A stretch of DNA of 62,449 nucleotides, filler included, from Globobulimina sp. (GCA_003354225.1; 32 parts of 32 records of this genome joined end to end with filler, not necessarily neighbours in it); one strand, 5' to 3'; numbered from the whole stretch's first letter, positions 35,195 to 47,011 are shown. Program-made: numbers and translations. Notes: generated by a model not told the origin, from the letters alone.

Positions 35195-36118
35195 CTATTA
35201 AAACAACAAGAATCTGCGATTATTTTACAACTTGCATCAAACAACCATGAAAACAACGAAAATAAAACCAATGAGATTATTAAAACTAAAAACGTTTACA
35301 ACACACAATCATACATATTCAATACAAAAAAATATCACCGAATTTGTAAGAAGAGAGCAAAAGAAGTAAAAGCTTTACGAGTGGAGGGATACAAGAAAGA
35401 GAGGATAACTCCCATTAATGATTTGGTTGAAGAACATAAACAGCACAAAAATGATAATCCCCGATGGTATACATCCAATGAAATAGCAACGCATAACTTC
35501 CGTAATGATTGTTGGGTTGTTATATTTGGTAAAATTTATAATATCACAGAATTAATAAAAGAAACCGCTCAAAATGAAAATACAAGTTTATTAATTCGAC
35601 CGTTACTAAAATTTGCTGGTCGAGATATTTCTGATTGGTTTGATTCGTATACAAATGATGTCAAAACCTATATTGATCCGCTTACAAACACACGTTCGTA
35701 TTATTTACCATTTGGGCGTTTTATTGATGTAGCACCAAATACGCCTGTTACCAATTGGACGTTTGATGTATTTCATGATAATATTCCATGGTGGCAAAAT
35801 TATAAATTTGTGATTGGTTTAAAATCTGAAAAACACAGAAACATTCGAATTGTAAATACGTTGACCGCTCAAGAACACGTAATTGAAGTGACAAACGAAG
35901 AAACGTTGAATGAAATAGAAAAATACAGATATCTTTCAATAAATAAACATTCAAATGGTTACATGTGGAAATATCAATCATTTACATTGGATATGAACAA
36001 AACATTGACGGATAATGGCATTAAAGATGAAGACGAATTATTCTATGAATTGGGCATATTTGAAGAATATGTACCTTCCATTTATATTTATTTTAATGAT
36101 GATCTCACTGTGGATTAA
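35195..36118 (+). CDS. CYB5D1: Cytochrome b5 domain-containing protein 1 (ciliary), 5'-partial
   Basis: HN..NDCWV, AGRDIS.WFD, PFGRF, PWW, IVNTLT, LDMNKTL.DNGI, PSIYIYFNDDLT. The frame is open to the contig start. Confidence 0.9.
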   Translation, partial: LLKQQESAIILQLASNNHENNENKTNEIIKTKNVYNTQSYIFNTKKYHRICKKRAKEVKALRVEGYKKERITPINDLVEEHKQHKNDNPRWYTSNEIATHNFRNDCWVVIFGKIYNITELIKETAQNENTSLLIRPLLKFAGRDISDWFDSYTNDVKTYIDPLTNTRSYYLPFGRFIDVAPNTPVTNWTFDVFHDNIPWWQNYKFVIGLKSEKHRNIRIVNTLTAQEHVIEVTNEETLNEIEKYRYLSINKHSNGYMWKYQSFTLDMNKTLTDNGIKDEDELFYELGIFEEYVPSIYIYFNDDLTVD

Positions 36119-36295
36119 TTATTTTTTCGTGTCCGAACTTGAACGTTTCTGGGTAACTTACCCAAAAACTAAAAACAATAAACAAATCTTTTTCTTTTTT
36201 CTGAAATGTCTCCGTGACAAAGTCACAAAGGCGTACATATAAAACAGAAAAATTTCTGAAAATATTTTAATATATTAGCAACAACAAAAATTAAA

Positions 36296-37048
36296 ATGGG
36301 TAACACAAATGAAAGTGAGTTATCGCCATTTCAACGATTTGAATTTCATGAAGAAAAAAAGATGTTATTAATAACTGGTTTTTGCAGATCAGTATTCTAC
36401 GATTACAAACAATTTGGTATGGGTATATTTATATATATTTTTTTATGCTATAAAGTATACACATACAAAACATGTTAACTCTGAAATAAAATAGATTTTA
36501 GCGTCATTACTTGCATTGTAATACAACATTACGACTATACAATTAACACAAACATCCGCCAATTATCAAAATACCTGAAACATAAACAAAAACAAACCGA
36601 AAATGATTTGTATCTGTCAATCTCATTAGAAATCAGTAAAATGTTAATAGAGTCGCACCAAGTAATCCGTAAACAGTTTAAAAGTGCAACAAAGACCAAA
36701 AAGATCAGAAACAAAACCGGTTTAACTTCATACACGAGCGCCAATATAGATTCTACACATATAACCACCATGGATTTTGCCGGCAAATGCTCGCTTGTCA
36801 TAGGCGGCCGACAGGCAATATGCCCCTCCAAAACCATCGACAATTACGATTTTAGAATCATTGACGATCCGACCGGTATATACAACGGTGTATATGTCCG
36901 ATGTCTATCCTTTGCGGACACCGCCATCAACGATCGCGGCGAAGTTCCCTTATTAAAAATGCATGGAAAGAAATACAACAAATTAGAATTCGGCGGTCGT
37001 CGCTTGAATATCTGGGTCAATTCGGAGGATATGAACGATAATGATTCG
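36296..37048 (+). CDS. Hypothetical protein (MG start), intron ~36417-36494, 3'-partial
   Basis: Two same-strand ORFs joined by an AT-rich GT..AG segment; LLITGFCR motif. Confidence 0.6.
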
Positions 37049-37148
37049 NNNNNNNNNNNNNNNNNNNNNNNNNNNNNNNNNNNNNNNNNNNNTTAATTAA
37101 TTAANNNNNNNNNNNNNNNNNNNNNNNNNNNNNNNNNNNNNNNNNNNN

Positions 37149-38722
37149 CGTACATTATTAGATGGCGAATATTCTGCAGCCAAACAAATATTATTCTTTC
37201 GAGATTTATTAGAATATGAACTGAGTATAAAACGTATGGATGTTGATAGCATCAAAGAAGTGATCGATTTAATTGTTGAGGAAGAATATGACTCTGAATC
37301 CATTATTGATGATATACGTTTTGAAGCGGATCAACTCAAAAATTATAGCAACATTGAAAAACACTTTGTAGTGAATAATAAGGAACATACATTTGTTACA
37401 ATTGCCAAAATTGTGAGGAAATATACAGATCCATCCGAACAAAATAAAATAAGAACCTGCGGTGAAGAGAAAGTCTTTGAAATACAACATTGTGCGCAAA
37501 TTAATTATCTTTTTGATTCATTAAAGACATTTCAAACGGATGGGTTCATTGTGGATGCCAATAAATATAATATTTGTGAGTTGTTGGCTGCCTATGATCA
37601 CATGGTTGATACCCATCAATTTTGTAAAGCTTCAATGGCTGACAATGGAAATGGAAATGATGAAGAAACAAAATCTGATCGTGAAACTATTAAAGAATAT
37701 TTTGCAAATGGTATTGGTGGTTATTGTGTGTTGGAGAATTGTTTGGTTTTACAAAATCACCGAATGAGACGGAGGGAACGGGAACACGAACGAGGTGCAA
37801 ATACCCATGAACATAATGATGAGGACAGTTTGAAAGAGATTATGTCAGCAACGTTAAATGCAATGCATTGTTATATTTCACATAAAGAGAATAATTTACA
37901 TTTTATAACACCGAAAGATGAAAAACAAGATAGCAAATCAGAGGAGAAAACGTCAACTGATTCTGCTCTGAGCATTAAATTTGGTGTCTCAGTGTTACAA
38001 TGGTTGGAATTCAATGAAGAGCCAACATTTCCATCATTACGACAAGAGATTGTAAACAATAAACACTCCACAATCAATGAACAGTTATATTTGAATTTTA
38101 CGCAAGAATGCTTTTTTAAAATTATTGGCAGAAAATATCACCAATATACGTTGGATGAATTGATGAGTTTGAAACTTTATACCGATACAGATTCATATCA
38201 AAGCGCACTACGCAAAGCTTTTTGGAAATCGTCCTCTAAAAAAGAGAAACTATCATTTTATCACTGGGCATTGCAGCTGTATAAAACCTCGCTGTTTCAT
38301 GCAAAACCTACGCCTCGAAGGACTATTTCTGCAAAGGGACCTCAGTCTATTTTCCATGGTATAACTCTTTGCATTGTATTTGTTACATATAATATATACA
38401 AACAAACTTTATAATGTCAACCAGGATTAAATATGGTATTTGTATTAGACAATGCGTTGCCTGTTTACCATGGTGTGATCAGTACGAGTTTGGACCAGAC
38501 CGTGGCTCACCAATTCAGCAAAGCAGCTGGTTTGTTGTGGCGGATTCGTCCGAGTTATGCCAATAAATTTAAATGTGTGATTGGAATATGTGTTGATTGG
38601 ATAAGTCAGCACAAGAATGAAGCCGAAGTATTGTTGGTTAATCAGTATCTGCCCATAGTTAATGCCATCAATTTTGATAATGACATTGCGAACAATGTAG
38701 ACCATTTATTATATTCTTTAAG
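37149..38722 (+). CDS. ADP-ribosyltransferase-fold protein, intron 38359-38424, partial
   Basis: LKLYTD, IFHG/L, ISTSLDQTVAHQF, WISQHKNEAEVLL. Confidence 0.72.
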
Positions 38723-39102
38723 GTAATGTGTAAGGAATATAATTTATATTTGTCTTTGTATACAATATTCAGAAACGTTTCTGTATATATTTTCAAGATA
38801 AACATAAATTATATTTATTGATTCATTGCTGAACTATTTTAAGATCATATCGAAAGCTTATAACAAATCCAAATACGTTTTACAATATTACAGGATTACA
38901 ATATAAAAACAATGACAAACAAAATGCAGAAATAAAATGTAACCCGGAGTGGATTCCTATAATCAAATCGAAAAAACAGTTTTTATATCAACCAACTGCT
39001 ATNNNNNNNNNNNNNNNNNNNNNNNNNNNNNNNNNNNNNNNNNNNNTTAATTAATTAANNNNNNNNNNNNNNNNNNNNNNNNNNNNNNNNNNNNNNNNNN
39101 NN

Positions 39103-39987
39103 CAAATATGCGCCCGCTTTAATGGCCATTTCCAAAGCAAGCAAGAACTGAATACTTTAGTCTCCACTGCCATTTATGTGAAGAAAGTGCCAATGCAACG
39201 TATTTCTGCAGGTGAAGGTGCCGAAAATCAGCAGTTTTGTATGTTTGTTGACTCGTTTTATGTGTACGCTGCGCGAGAGATAGACGGTGCTATGGATGGC
39301 TATACATTGTGTGATGTGTTTGATTATGCCTCCTATCAAAATAATTATGCGCAACTTATTGCCTCTTTGATGAAGCACAATTCGCGTGTCGGTGTTGCTG
39401 GTTTTCGGGACTCGAAATTGATTAGAAATGGCAGTAAAAGGTCCATTATTAGCACTTGTTCGAATTCGTCGTATAATACATCGAAATCGGTGAGTAATTA
39501 TCCAAAGAAACAGTATCATACTATTTACCTGAAGCCAATTATGGAGAGAATGAGGTTGATTTGCGGCAAACCCGCTGCAGTGAATAGCGATGCTATTGTC
39601 GAGATTGTGGATAAATGCATTAAACACGGCGTGAAGCGACAAATTAGTAAACGCACATTTGAGTTTAAATGTGAATCGTACACAGTTATTATGAGTAAAT
39701 CACTGAAAACCATCTTGGATGTGACCTTATCGCCGGATAAGGACATTATCACCGTGCATCCCGACGTAGTGAGTATTATAAGCAAGAAATGTGCAGTTTT
39801 GGATTATTTCACCATCCAAAAGTTGGCCTATCAGGCAAAATTAACAAAGACGTTTACCACGAAAAAGAATGACTATCGGCAGCAGTTTATTTATGATTTC
39901 CGTGGCTGTCGGATTGTATTTGCAAGTAATCATAGCACCATTGTTGAAATGCAATGTTATGAGCCACATTCGTTAATTCTTGAATAA
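39103..39987 (+). CDS. Hypothetical protein, 5'-partial, with two similar small C-terminal domains
   Basis: Frame open from the contig start; YTVIMSKSLKTILDV resembles CRIVFASNHSTIVEM. Confidence 0.65.
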   Translation, partial: QICARFNGHFQSKQELNTLVSTAIYVKKVPMQRISAGEGAENQQFCMFVDSFYVYAAREIDGAMDGYTLCDVFDYASYQNNYAQLIASLMKHNSRVGVAGFRDSKLIRNGSKRSIISTCSNSSYNTSKSVSNYPKKQYHTIYLKPIMERMRLICGKPAAVNSDAIVEIVDKCIKHGVKRQISKRTFEFKCESYTVIMSKSLKTILDVTLSPDKDIITVHPDVVSIISKKCAVLDYFTIQKLAYQAKLTKTFTTKKNDYRQQFIYDFRGCRIVFASNHSTIVEMQCYEPHSLILE

Positions 39988-41056
39988 TTTCTTAAATTAC
40001 ACCCATATTTCTATTCTATTAATTGTTTGGACTGACTGTAAGTTTGTGTTTTTTTCTGTATGTTTTCTATATGTTTTTTTGTCAGTTATTTATCTCTGTT
40101 TAGCTATTTAATTAATTCATTTACTCACCAAAGTGGAATGTCTCTTCTTTTTGTTGTTATTTTATGAATTATAATAGCACTCTCTTTTTTTTTTATTTGT
40201 TACACGTTTTCATGAAAGATGACTGATAAAATATGTGTGAAATCAGATTTTTTTGTAAAATGATTGACATGGCCAATATTATCATGTCGATACCATTTTT
40301 TATTTTTTTTTTTGTTCATGAATGTCAATTTTTTTGTTGTTACATTCATTTTTGTGTTTATATGGCAATGCCATTTACAGTGTGTTTTTAATTTGTGTCT
40401 CTGGAATGACAGTCGTATGTTAAACAAAAATTCGGTGATATTTAATTTATACATGAAATGACGCAAAGAATCTATCAAAAATACACAAGAACACCGAAAA
40501 TATGTAATATTAAAAACATGTAATAACAAAGATTACTAATTATATACTACATTTATGTATTAATCATGTATGCTCTGCGTTTGTTGGATATATGCAACGA
40601 AGTGGAGTTTTTTTTTTTGATGCATTTTTAATTTGATTGCTTTTTTTCAAATTAACAAATAATTATGACTTCTTCTAATTAGTTATGTCCAGTGTAGAAA
40701 ACAAAGAAAAAAAAGTCAATTACACACAGCTAGCCTTGCTTTTATTTATTTTATCGTTTAATTTATTCATATTTTATGTACTCGACATCATCCTGTCAAA
40801 CAAGTATAATTTACATGCATATGGTTTATCGGTGTTTTCATAAATATGGACCAAATTCTTTTGCAGCAGCGAACGTTAAAATACTGCAAAAAATGCATTA
40901 TTTCAAGTATCATTCATAAAAAAATATTAAAAATAGCGTGTAACGCATCAGCATCGNNNNNNNNNNNNNNNNNNNNNNNNNNNNNNNNNNNNNNNNNNNN
41001 TTAATTAATTAANNNNNNNNNNNNNNNNNNNNNNNNNNNNNNNNNNNNNNNNNNNN

Positions 41057-42910
41057 ATATATTGCATTGATTATCATCGGACTGGTTCAGATCCATTTCA
41101 TTCATATGGGATATTGTGTTTGTGTCTTTTTCTGTTTTTGTTTTCATTCTTGGTTCAAAGATCCATGGAAAAAAATCAGAGCTTATTGGATATTAATTGT
41201 AGCCTATTGTACTGTATGTTTTTTTGGTTTATATGCGTCACAATATTCATTCATACATAACTGGTTAAAAGATGATGTTTATCCCAAGTCCTTCAATGAT
41301 AAATATTTTAGTTTGGACGACATTGGACTCACAAATGAAGACACTGATAACGAGAAACCGTTTGCTATGTTTACCACTTTATTAGGTCCAGTTATTGCAA
41401 TGATATTAACCATTATACAATTTTCATATTTTGTTAGCATTAAACCTCGCCAAGAAATAAGATCAAATTATTGGGTGTCAAAGTTGAGCAGAGTTTGTTG
41501 TCAGTTATTATATTTAGGCTCCATTCATTGCGAGAAACTTACATTGCTGGCCGCATTTATATGGTGTATATATAGCGTTAATTTAATATCAGTGGCGTAT
41601 GTGGTCATTATTTGTATAGCGTTGATTAATCGCATCACGTTAAGAATAGCATGGTGCCCTTTTCAAATCATTGCCGTCCTGGTTTTTGTACTAAGATATT
41701 GCTATCAATTTCATTATTTTGAAGATACTGCGGTGACCAATGCGACAGTTATAGGATTTGAACGGTTTGGTCATTCGACTGATACAAATCCTGTCGATGC
41801 ATCTGCTGCTAAAATATGGCATGGTTTAGGTCAGGAATTAACTATAATTATATTAGCAACACTACAATGTGTACTGCAATGGTGGGTGCGATTGAAGCCG
41901 AAATTTGGACGCATTGAACATAAAAAACCGGTGATTGTATGGAAACATGAACGAATTTATTATGAGGATTTACGAAGACTTCATCCACAACATCAGAATT
42001 CATATACATACATTAATAATAATGTTGATGAAGATGGAAATGAATTATTGATTCAACATGACATTGAATTAAAAGTTGATGAAGATTTTGAAAGTGGACA
42101 CGAATCATCATCACCTTCAAAACTTGCTGGATCGATGTCACACACTGCGTTATTATCGGCATTAAGATTTACTCAAATCACAGGCAAAGTGGTCTGGAGG
42201 TGTTTGTGGCGAACATTACGCCGATTTTGGCATGTCTTAACAAATATTTTTTACTTTTATGGCGTTGAATTGAGTATAATTGTAATGGTATTTGCATCGT
42301 TTTACAGAGTATATTCATTTTCATTGATTTATATGCTTGTTACTGGATGTTATATTTATGATTCCCGGCGGAATGGTGAGGAGAATTATAGAGAATGGAA
42401 TGTATTACGCAAAATATGGTGGATATTATGCATTTTTATGACATTATGGCTGCTGCTTCAATATTGGATTGTAATTCCATACGAATTATCAGATGTTATT
42501 GGTGAATGTTGCGGATCCCGTTGGTGGAAGCTTTTTCATTTTAATTATGATTTTACCACATCGCAATATCAGAGATGGTGGAGTTGGGTTGCATTTATTC
42601 ATTATGCAGCCACAGATTTAATATTTGATTTTTTTGTATTGTTAGTTGTGTCGTTACAACGATGTTCATTCATACAACATGATAAAGATAAAAAAGTCGT
42701 TAATGGTCAAAGACCGATTAGTTCACAATTAACATTAATAAAAGATATGAGATCCAAATCAGAGGCAGATGACAATGCAGATATGTTATGGGAAAGTATT
42801 AAATTGCAATGTTTAATTTATAGTGATAAGATTTTATTGCTGTTAATGTTTATATTTGGAATAATGAATGTTGATTTATTAAGCATTGTCTTTTTGTTAT
42901 TTCCCTTTTT
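41057..42910 (+). CDS. Piezo-like mechanosensitive channel fragment
   Basis: Repeating 4-TM units; LYASQY, RYCYQF, LLQY, DLIFDFFVLLVVSLQ. Confidence 0.65.
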
Positions 42911-43010
42911 NNNNNNNNNNNNNNNNNNNNNNNNNNNNNNNNNNNNNNNNNNNNTTAATTAATTAANNNNNNNNNNNNNNNNNNNNNNNNNNNNNNNNNN
43001 NNNNNNNNNN

Positions 43011-43213
43011 TCCATAAAACGAATTCCTTTGAGATTCTTCAACAATTCATCCAAATCATTTTTGTCTTCAATATATTTAAAATCATTCACTGATTCAACA
43101 CCTAATTCTTTTAACGAGTTCACATATTGTTTTGCAAACTCTTCCTTAATTTCAAATTGTTTCAACCAGCCCTCCAAATCGGGTGAACCTTCAGTCACTT
43201 TAATTTGTGACAT
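43011..43213 (-). CDS. SAM-like domain protein N-terminus
   Basis: LEGWLKQF....YVNSLKELGVESVNDFKYI..DLDEL. Confidence 0.6.
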
Positions 43214-43244
43214 AATGGACTAAAGAGACGAAGTTTTTTTTTTA

Positions 43245-44166
43245 TTAGAAATGAAATATTTTACAAAGAGTATATTTGAATTCTAATTTCTTTTGCATTT
43301 GTATTGTCCAATTTGTTAATTGTTTCATTTCATATTGAATTATTCTTTCACATTTAGCACAATACTCTACCTTTGAGACACTTGCATCATTCCTCCATTG
43401 CATACTTTTGATGATATAATATCTGTATGAATCACTCACAAAATAATTATAAAAATATTTATCAAAGATATCATCCCATATTTGACCTCTATAAACTACC
43501 AATATTTCAATTACTTGCTTTGGAACAATAACATTATTCACATTATTTCCAAAAAGCCGAACATATCCAAAGACCAATAACTATGTTTTCAACATATCAA
43601 CATCCGTTTTTTTAATAAAATGTGGCAATCCGCATTTGAGTGAGTTTATATGATGAATACAATCCATTATTAGCCATTTGTCATCATCACAAAAATAATT
43701 ATTTTCAATGAAATCATCTCTGCACAAATTAATACATTCAATTAATTTATTCCTAATCATTGGAAATCTGATACAAAATACATGCTTTACAAATAATTTT
43801 AATCCTTTGCTTCTGGTATCATCCAAATGCATATGTTGGCCATTTGGAACATAAAACCTATCCAAATACATAAACATAGCATGCATTCCATCAACGGCCC
43901 ACATACTTTGCTGACATAATTCCAACCATTCTTTCAAGCATGTTTTATTACAGTGCCATTTACTTTGTTTTCTCATTTTTGTCTGGTAATATTGTGCTAA
44001 TATATGACTGTGTAATTCGTATAATTGGCGGGAATGAATCCCGAATGATTAAATGGTTCCCTCTGAATACACATTGTAAATATTGTATCACAAATGTAAA
44101 TATATTGTTGTTGCGGCATTGCCATGTATTTTGGTGGAGGTTCAAAAGCGATATCGATTCGATCAA
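43245..44166 (-). pseudogene. Cullin-1 N-terminal-repeat-derived pseudogene
   Basis: DTIFTMCIQREPFNHS, SYISTILP and MFMYLDRFYV lie in different frames; in-frame TAG at 43581-43583. Confidence 0.7.
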
Positions 44167-44354
44167 AAATTGCGATGGGACCTAGGACCTAGGGTCCAAT
44201 TTTAATTACGTAATTTAACAACACTCCCTAACTTCAAACACAACTTTTACGCACCTTGATTACTGAAACATGTCTTTCGACAAAATCCAGTCAGGACGTA
44301 AGTCAGACTCCAGACTCACAGATTGCTTGAACATCACTGCATGGCAGCATGAAG

Positions 44355-44510
44355 TGTTATGTAACATGGTGACGTTACACTTGTCACGTGACAATATTCC
44401 TATTTCTGTCATGTAACACATTATTTCTATATTGGTGACGTAACAAAAATAGGAATAGTGTTACGTGACAAAAATATGAATAATGCTACGTGACAGAAAT
44501 AGGAATATTA
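44355..44510. repeat. Foldback cluster with GTGAC/GTTAC motifs and a 19-bp inverted repeat
   Basis: AATATTCCTATTTCTGTCA (44393-44411) / TGACAGAAATAGGAATATT (44491-44509). Confidence 0.75.
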
Positions 44511-45006
44511 TTATAGCCCCCTAATGTTAGCCCCCTGACTACTAACTACATCGTCTACTCATTTATTCAAGGAATACCATAAAGATGTATTGAATTGAAT
44601 TAATTAAAAAGAAAAAGACAATACACGTAATATTTATATATACTAATTGCAATATTTATGGATAGAAAATTAAGAGTAATAATTAAAATTATAATTATCA
44701 GTCATTAAGTTGGACAATTTGCGTTTCCGATATCGGCCATAATGACGGCTGCTTTATCATTGTTTAATTCATCAATGATAAGCTTGAAATTATCGTAATT
44801 TTGATACAATGTGGCATTGAGAAACAATGTCATATATTTATTGACTATATTCCATTGTTTTTCTNNNNNNNNNNNNNNNNNNNNNNNNNNNNNNNNNNNN
44901 NNNNNNNNTTAATTAATTAANNNNNNNNNNNNNNNNNNNNNNNNNNNNNNNNNNNNNNNNNNNNAAGTGATGTACGATTGGATGACTAGCTCACTTCAAG
45001 AAAATG

Positions 45007-45109
45007 TTAATATCAGGGTTCTCGCCTTATAGACGACAAATGTCTATAGGCATTTTTGCTTTATCGTAAAAATGCCTTATGAGTAATGAGGTGAGAACCC
45101 TGATATTAA
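45007..45109. repeat. Nested inverted-repeat element (MITE-like or structured RNA)
   Basis: TTAATATCAGGGTTCTC / GAGAACCCTGATATTAA outer arms with two inner hairpins. Confidence 0.8.
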
Positions 45110-45144
45110 TTAAGATTTTCTTGGACATTAATATTAACAGAAAA

Positions 45145-46240
45145 CTACATTTGTATGGATGCATTTTTAAAATATTCATGTCGTTGTACCAATTCTTGAT
45201 AATATTTTATATCATTTGCATCTTTTGCCCATTTAAAAAACATAGTTTCGTCAATTAAAAATGAATTGGTTTCATCCAAAATATTTTGCCAATCATTATT
45301 CTGACCTTTTCGAATAATATTATCAAATTCAAGAGTCTGTGGATTCGTTTTAAATTCATGTTTCATATTATTTATTTCAGAGTTATTCAACACAATTTCA
45401 TAATCATTATCATCCATTTTTATATTTTTATTCTCATTCAAAAACAATGATATTTTTTTTATATATTCTAATCTATCTTGGACCATATCTTCATAATATA
45501 ACCATAACATATTATCAGTATCTTTCATATCTTTATAATATATCCACCAATTTTTATACCATTCAAAATAATCACCAAACATTAGAATTCCTCGATAAAA
45601 ATATGATAAATATTCATCTATGCAATAATCAGCACCTTCGCCATGAGCATAGCTACGGAAAAAAGTATAGCCAGAAACCACAACATCTTTGGGATTGCGA
45701 CAAATTAAAATAATTTTCCCCTTCAAAACAACAGTAATACGCAATCAAAACAGCAGTAAGTAAATAGAGAATGTTTGATACCTTAAAATCATTTGTGGGG
45801 AAATCGGGAAAAGGACAATGCGAAGCCCATAATCTATTGGATAAATGTGCTGTGTCTAATATTCTTTTATGGAATGTATTTTCATCAACTTGAGACACAA
45901 ATAATTCCCAAAATGGTATGGATTGTCCGCCAACATCACCATCTTTATAAAATAAACAATCATTACTATTTTTGTCACTATTTGCTAATATTTCCACAGC
46001 AACCTTCTTTAGCCAATGATTACCAGCCTTGGGATAACTAACAATAAATATATCGCTCGGTTGTGCTGAGTATATTTGTTGGAAATGTTTTATTTTTGTA
46101 GGGTTATGTTTGTACCAATAATATCTTGTTTCGTATGGTATGAGCTGCATCGGGTAATGTTTGCCGATAATATGAGAAAATATCTTTGAGGAATCGTCAA
46201 AAAATCTAGGTACACGGTCAAGTTGGGATTTCAGTTTCAT
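45145..46240 (-). CDS. Cytosolic-type sulfotransferase, intron 45721-45781
   Basis: SYPKAGNHW (5'-PSB), RNPKDVVVS (3'-PB), YEDM, RKGQNNDW. Confidence 0.93.
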
Positions 46241-46309
46241 TATTTCAGAGTTGGGTTAGTAGATTTAGATTAGGAGGATTTTTAGGAAGAAGGTGATCGG
46301 TGTAAGATC

Positions 46310-46675
46310 ATGGAGTCTGCAAAGCCAGGACAGCCGTTTAACAGTCCATCGTTCAGGTTATTTAATTTAACATTTCAACTTGGATTATGTCCTAACGGTG
46401 CTTACAAGGATGCTCCGGGGATTGTTGATATATTTTTAAACATTTGCGGGTTATCACCAAAGGTGCATTCTGTTAATATGAGGAGGAAGTATACTTTGAC
46501 TGAGTTGAATGTGGTACAACAAAGCAATCGCACAGTAACACATGAACAAATGGGTTGTGGCTCATGGCCAACAGGATATGTAAAAACCGCAGATATCCAG
46601 AAATTAAATCAAATGACATTGAAAGTTGATATTGCATTATTTAATGTTTTTGACAAAGATGGTGAAGATACGTAG
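46310..46675 (+). CDS. MATH/TRAF domain protein (single domain or fragment)
   Basis: SPSFRLFNLTFQLGLCPNG....VDIFL; CGSW. Confidence 0.75.
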   Translation: MESAKPGQPFNSPSFRLFNLTFQLGLCPNGAYKDAPGIVDIFLNICGLSPKVHSVNMRRKYTLTELNVVQQSNRTVTHEQMGCGSWPTGYVKTADIQKLNQMTLKVDIALFNVFDKDGEDT

Positions 46676-47011
46676 TGTTGATCGGTGGTAACAACGCTCA
46701 TTTGACACATATGTGTTATAACCAAATCAAAAACACCTTGCAGTGATCACGCATCGTGCTAACGAGTGTTTGTCACCAAACATGTGATAACGGATAGTGA
46801 TCACGATATTGTATATACNNNNNNNNNNNNNNNNNNNNNNNNNNNNNNNNNNNNNNNNNNNNTTAATTAATTAANNNNNNNNNNNNNNNNNNNNNNNNNN
46901 NNNNNNNNNNNNNNNNNNATCCACTGTTTTCTCTGTTTCCTCTCAGCGGAGACCAAACCAAAGCACACACTCACACTCACACTCATACACTAACCATAAC
47001 AATAACATACA

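Noticed and set aside
40200-40529. Short ORFs in an AT-rich region
   Set aside because: No coding signature; likely UTR or intergenic.
709-43583. Stop-codon reassignment suggested by in-frame TAA (709) and TAG (43581)
   Set aside because: Many long ORFs lack internal stops, conserved genes end at TAA or TAG (FKBP, ABCG, CYB5D1, SULT), and the TAG case also has frameshifts.
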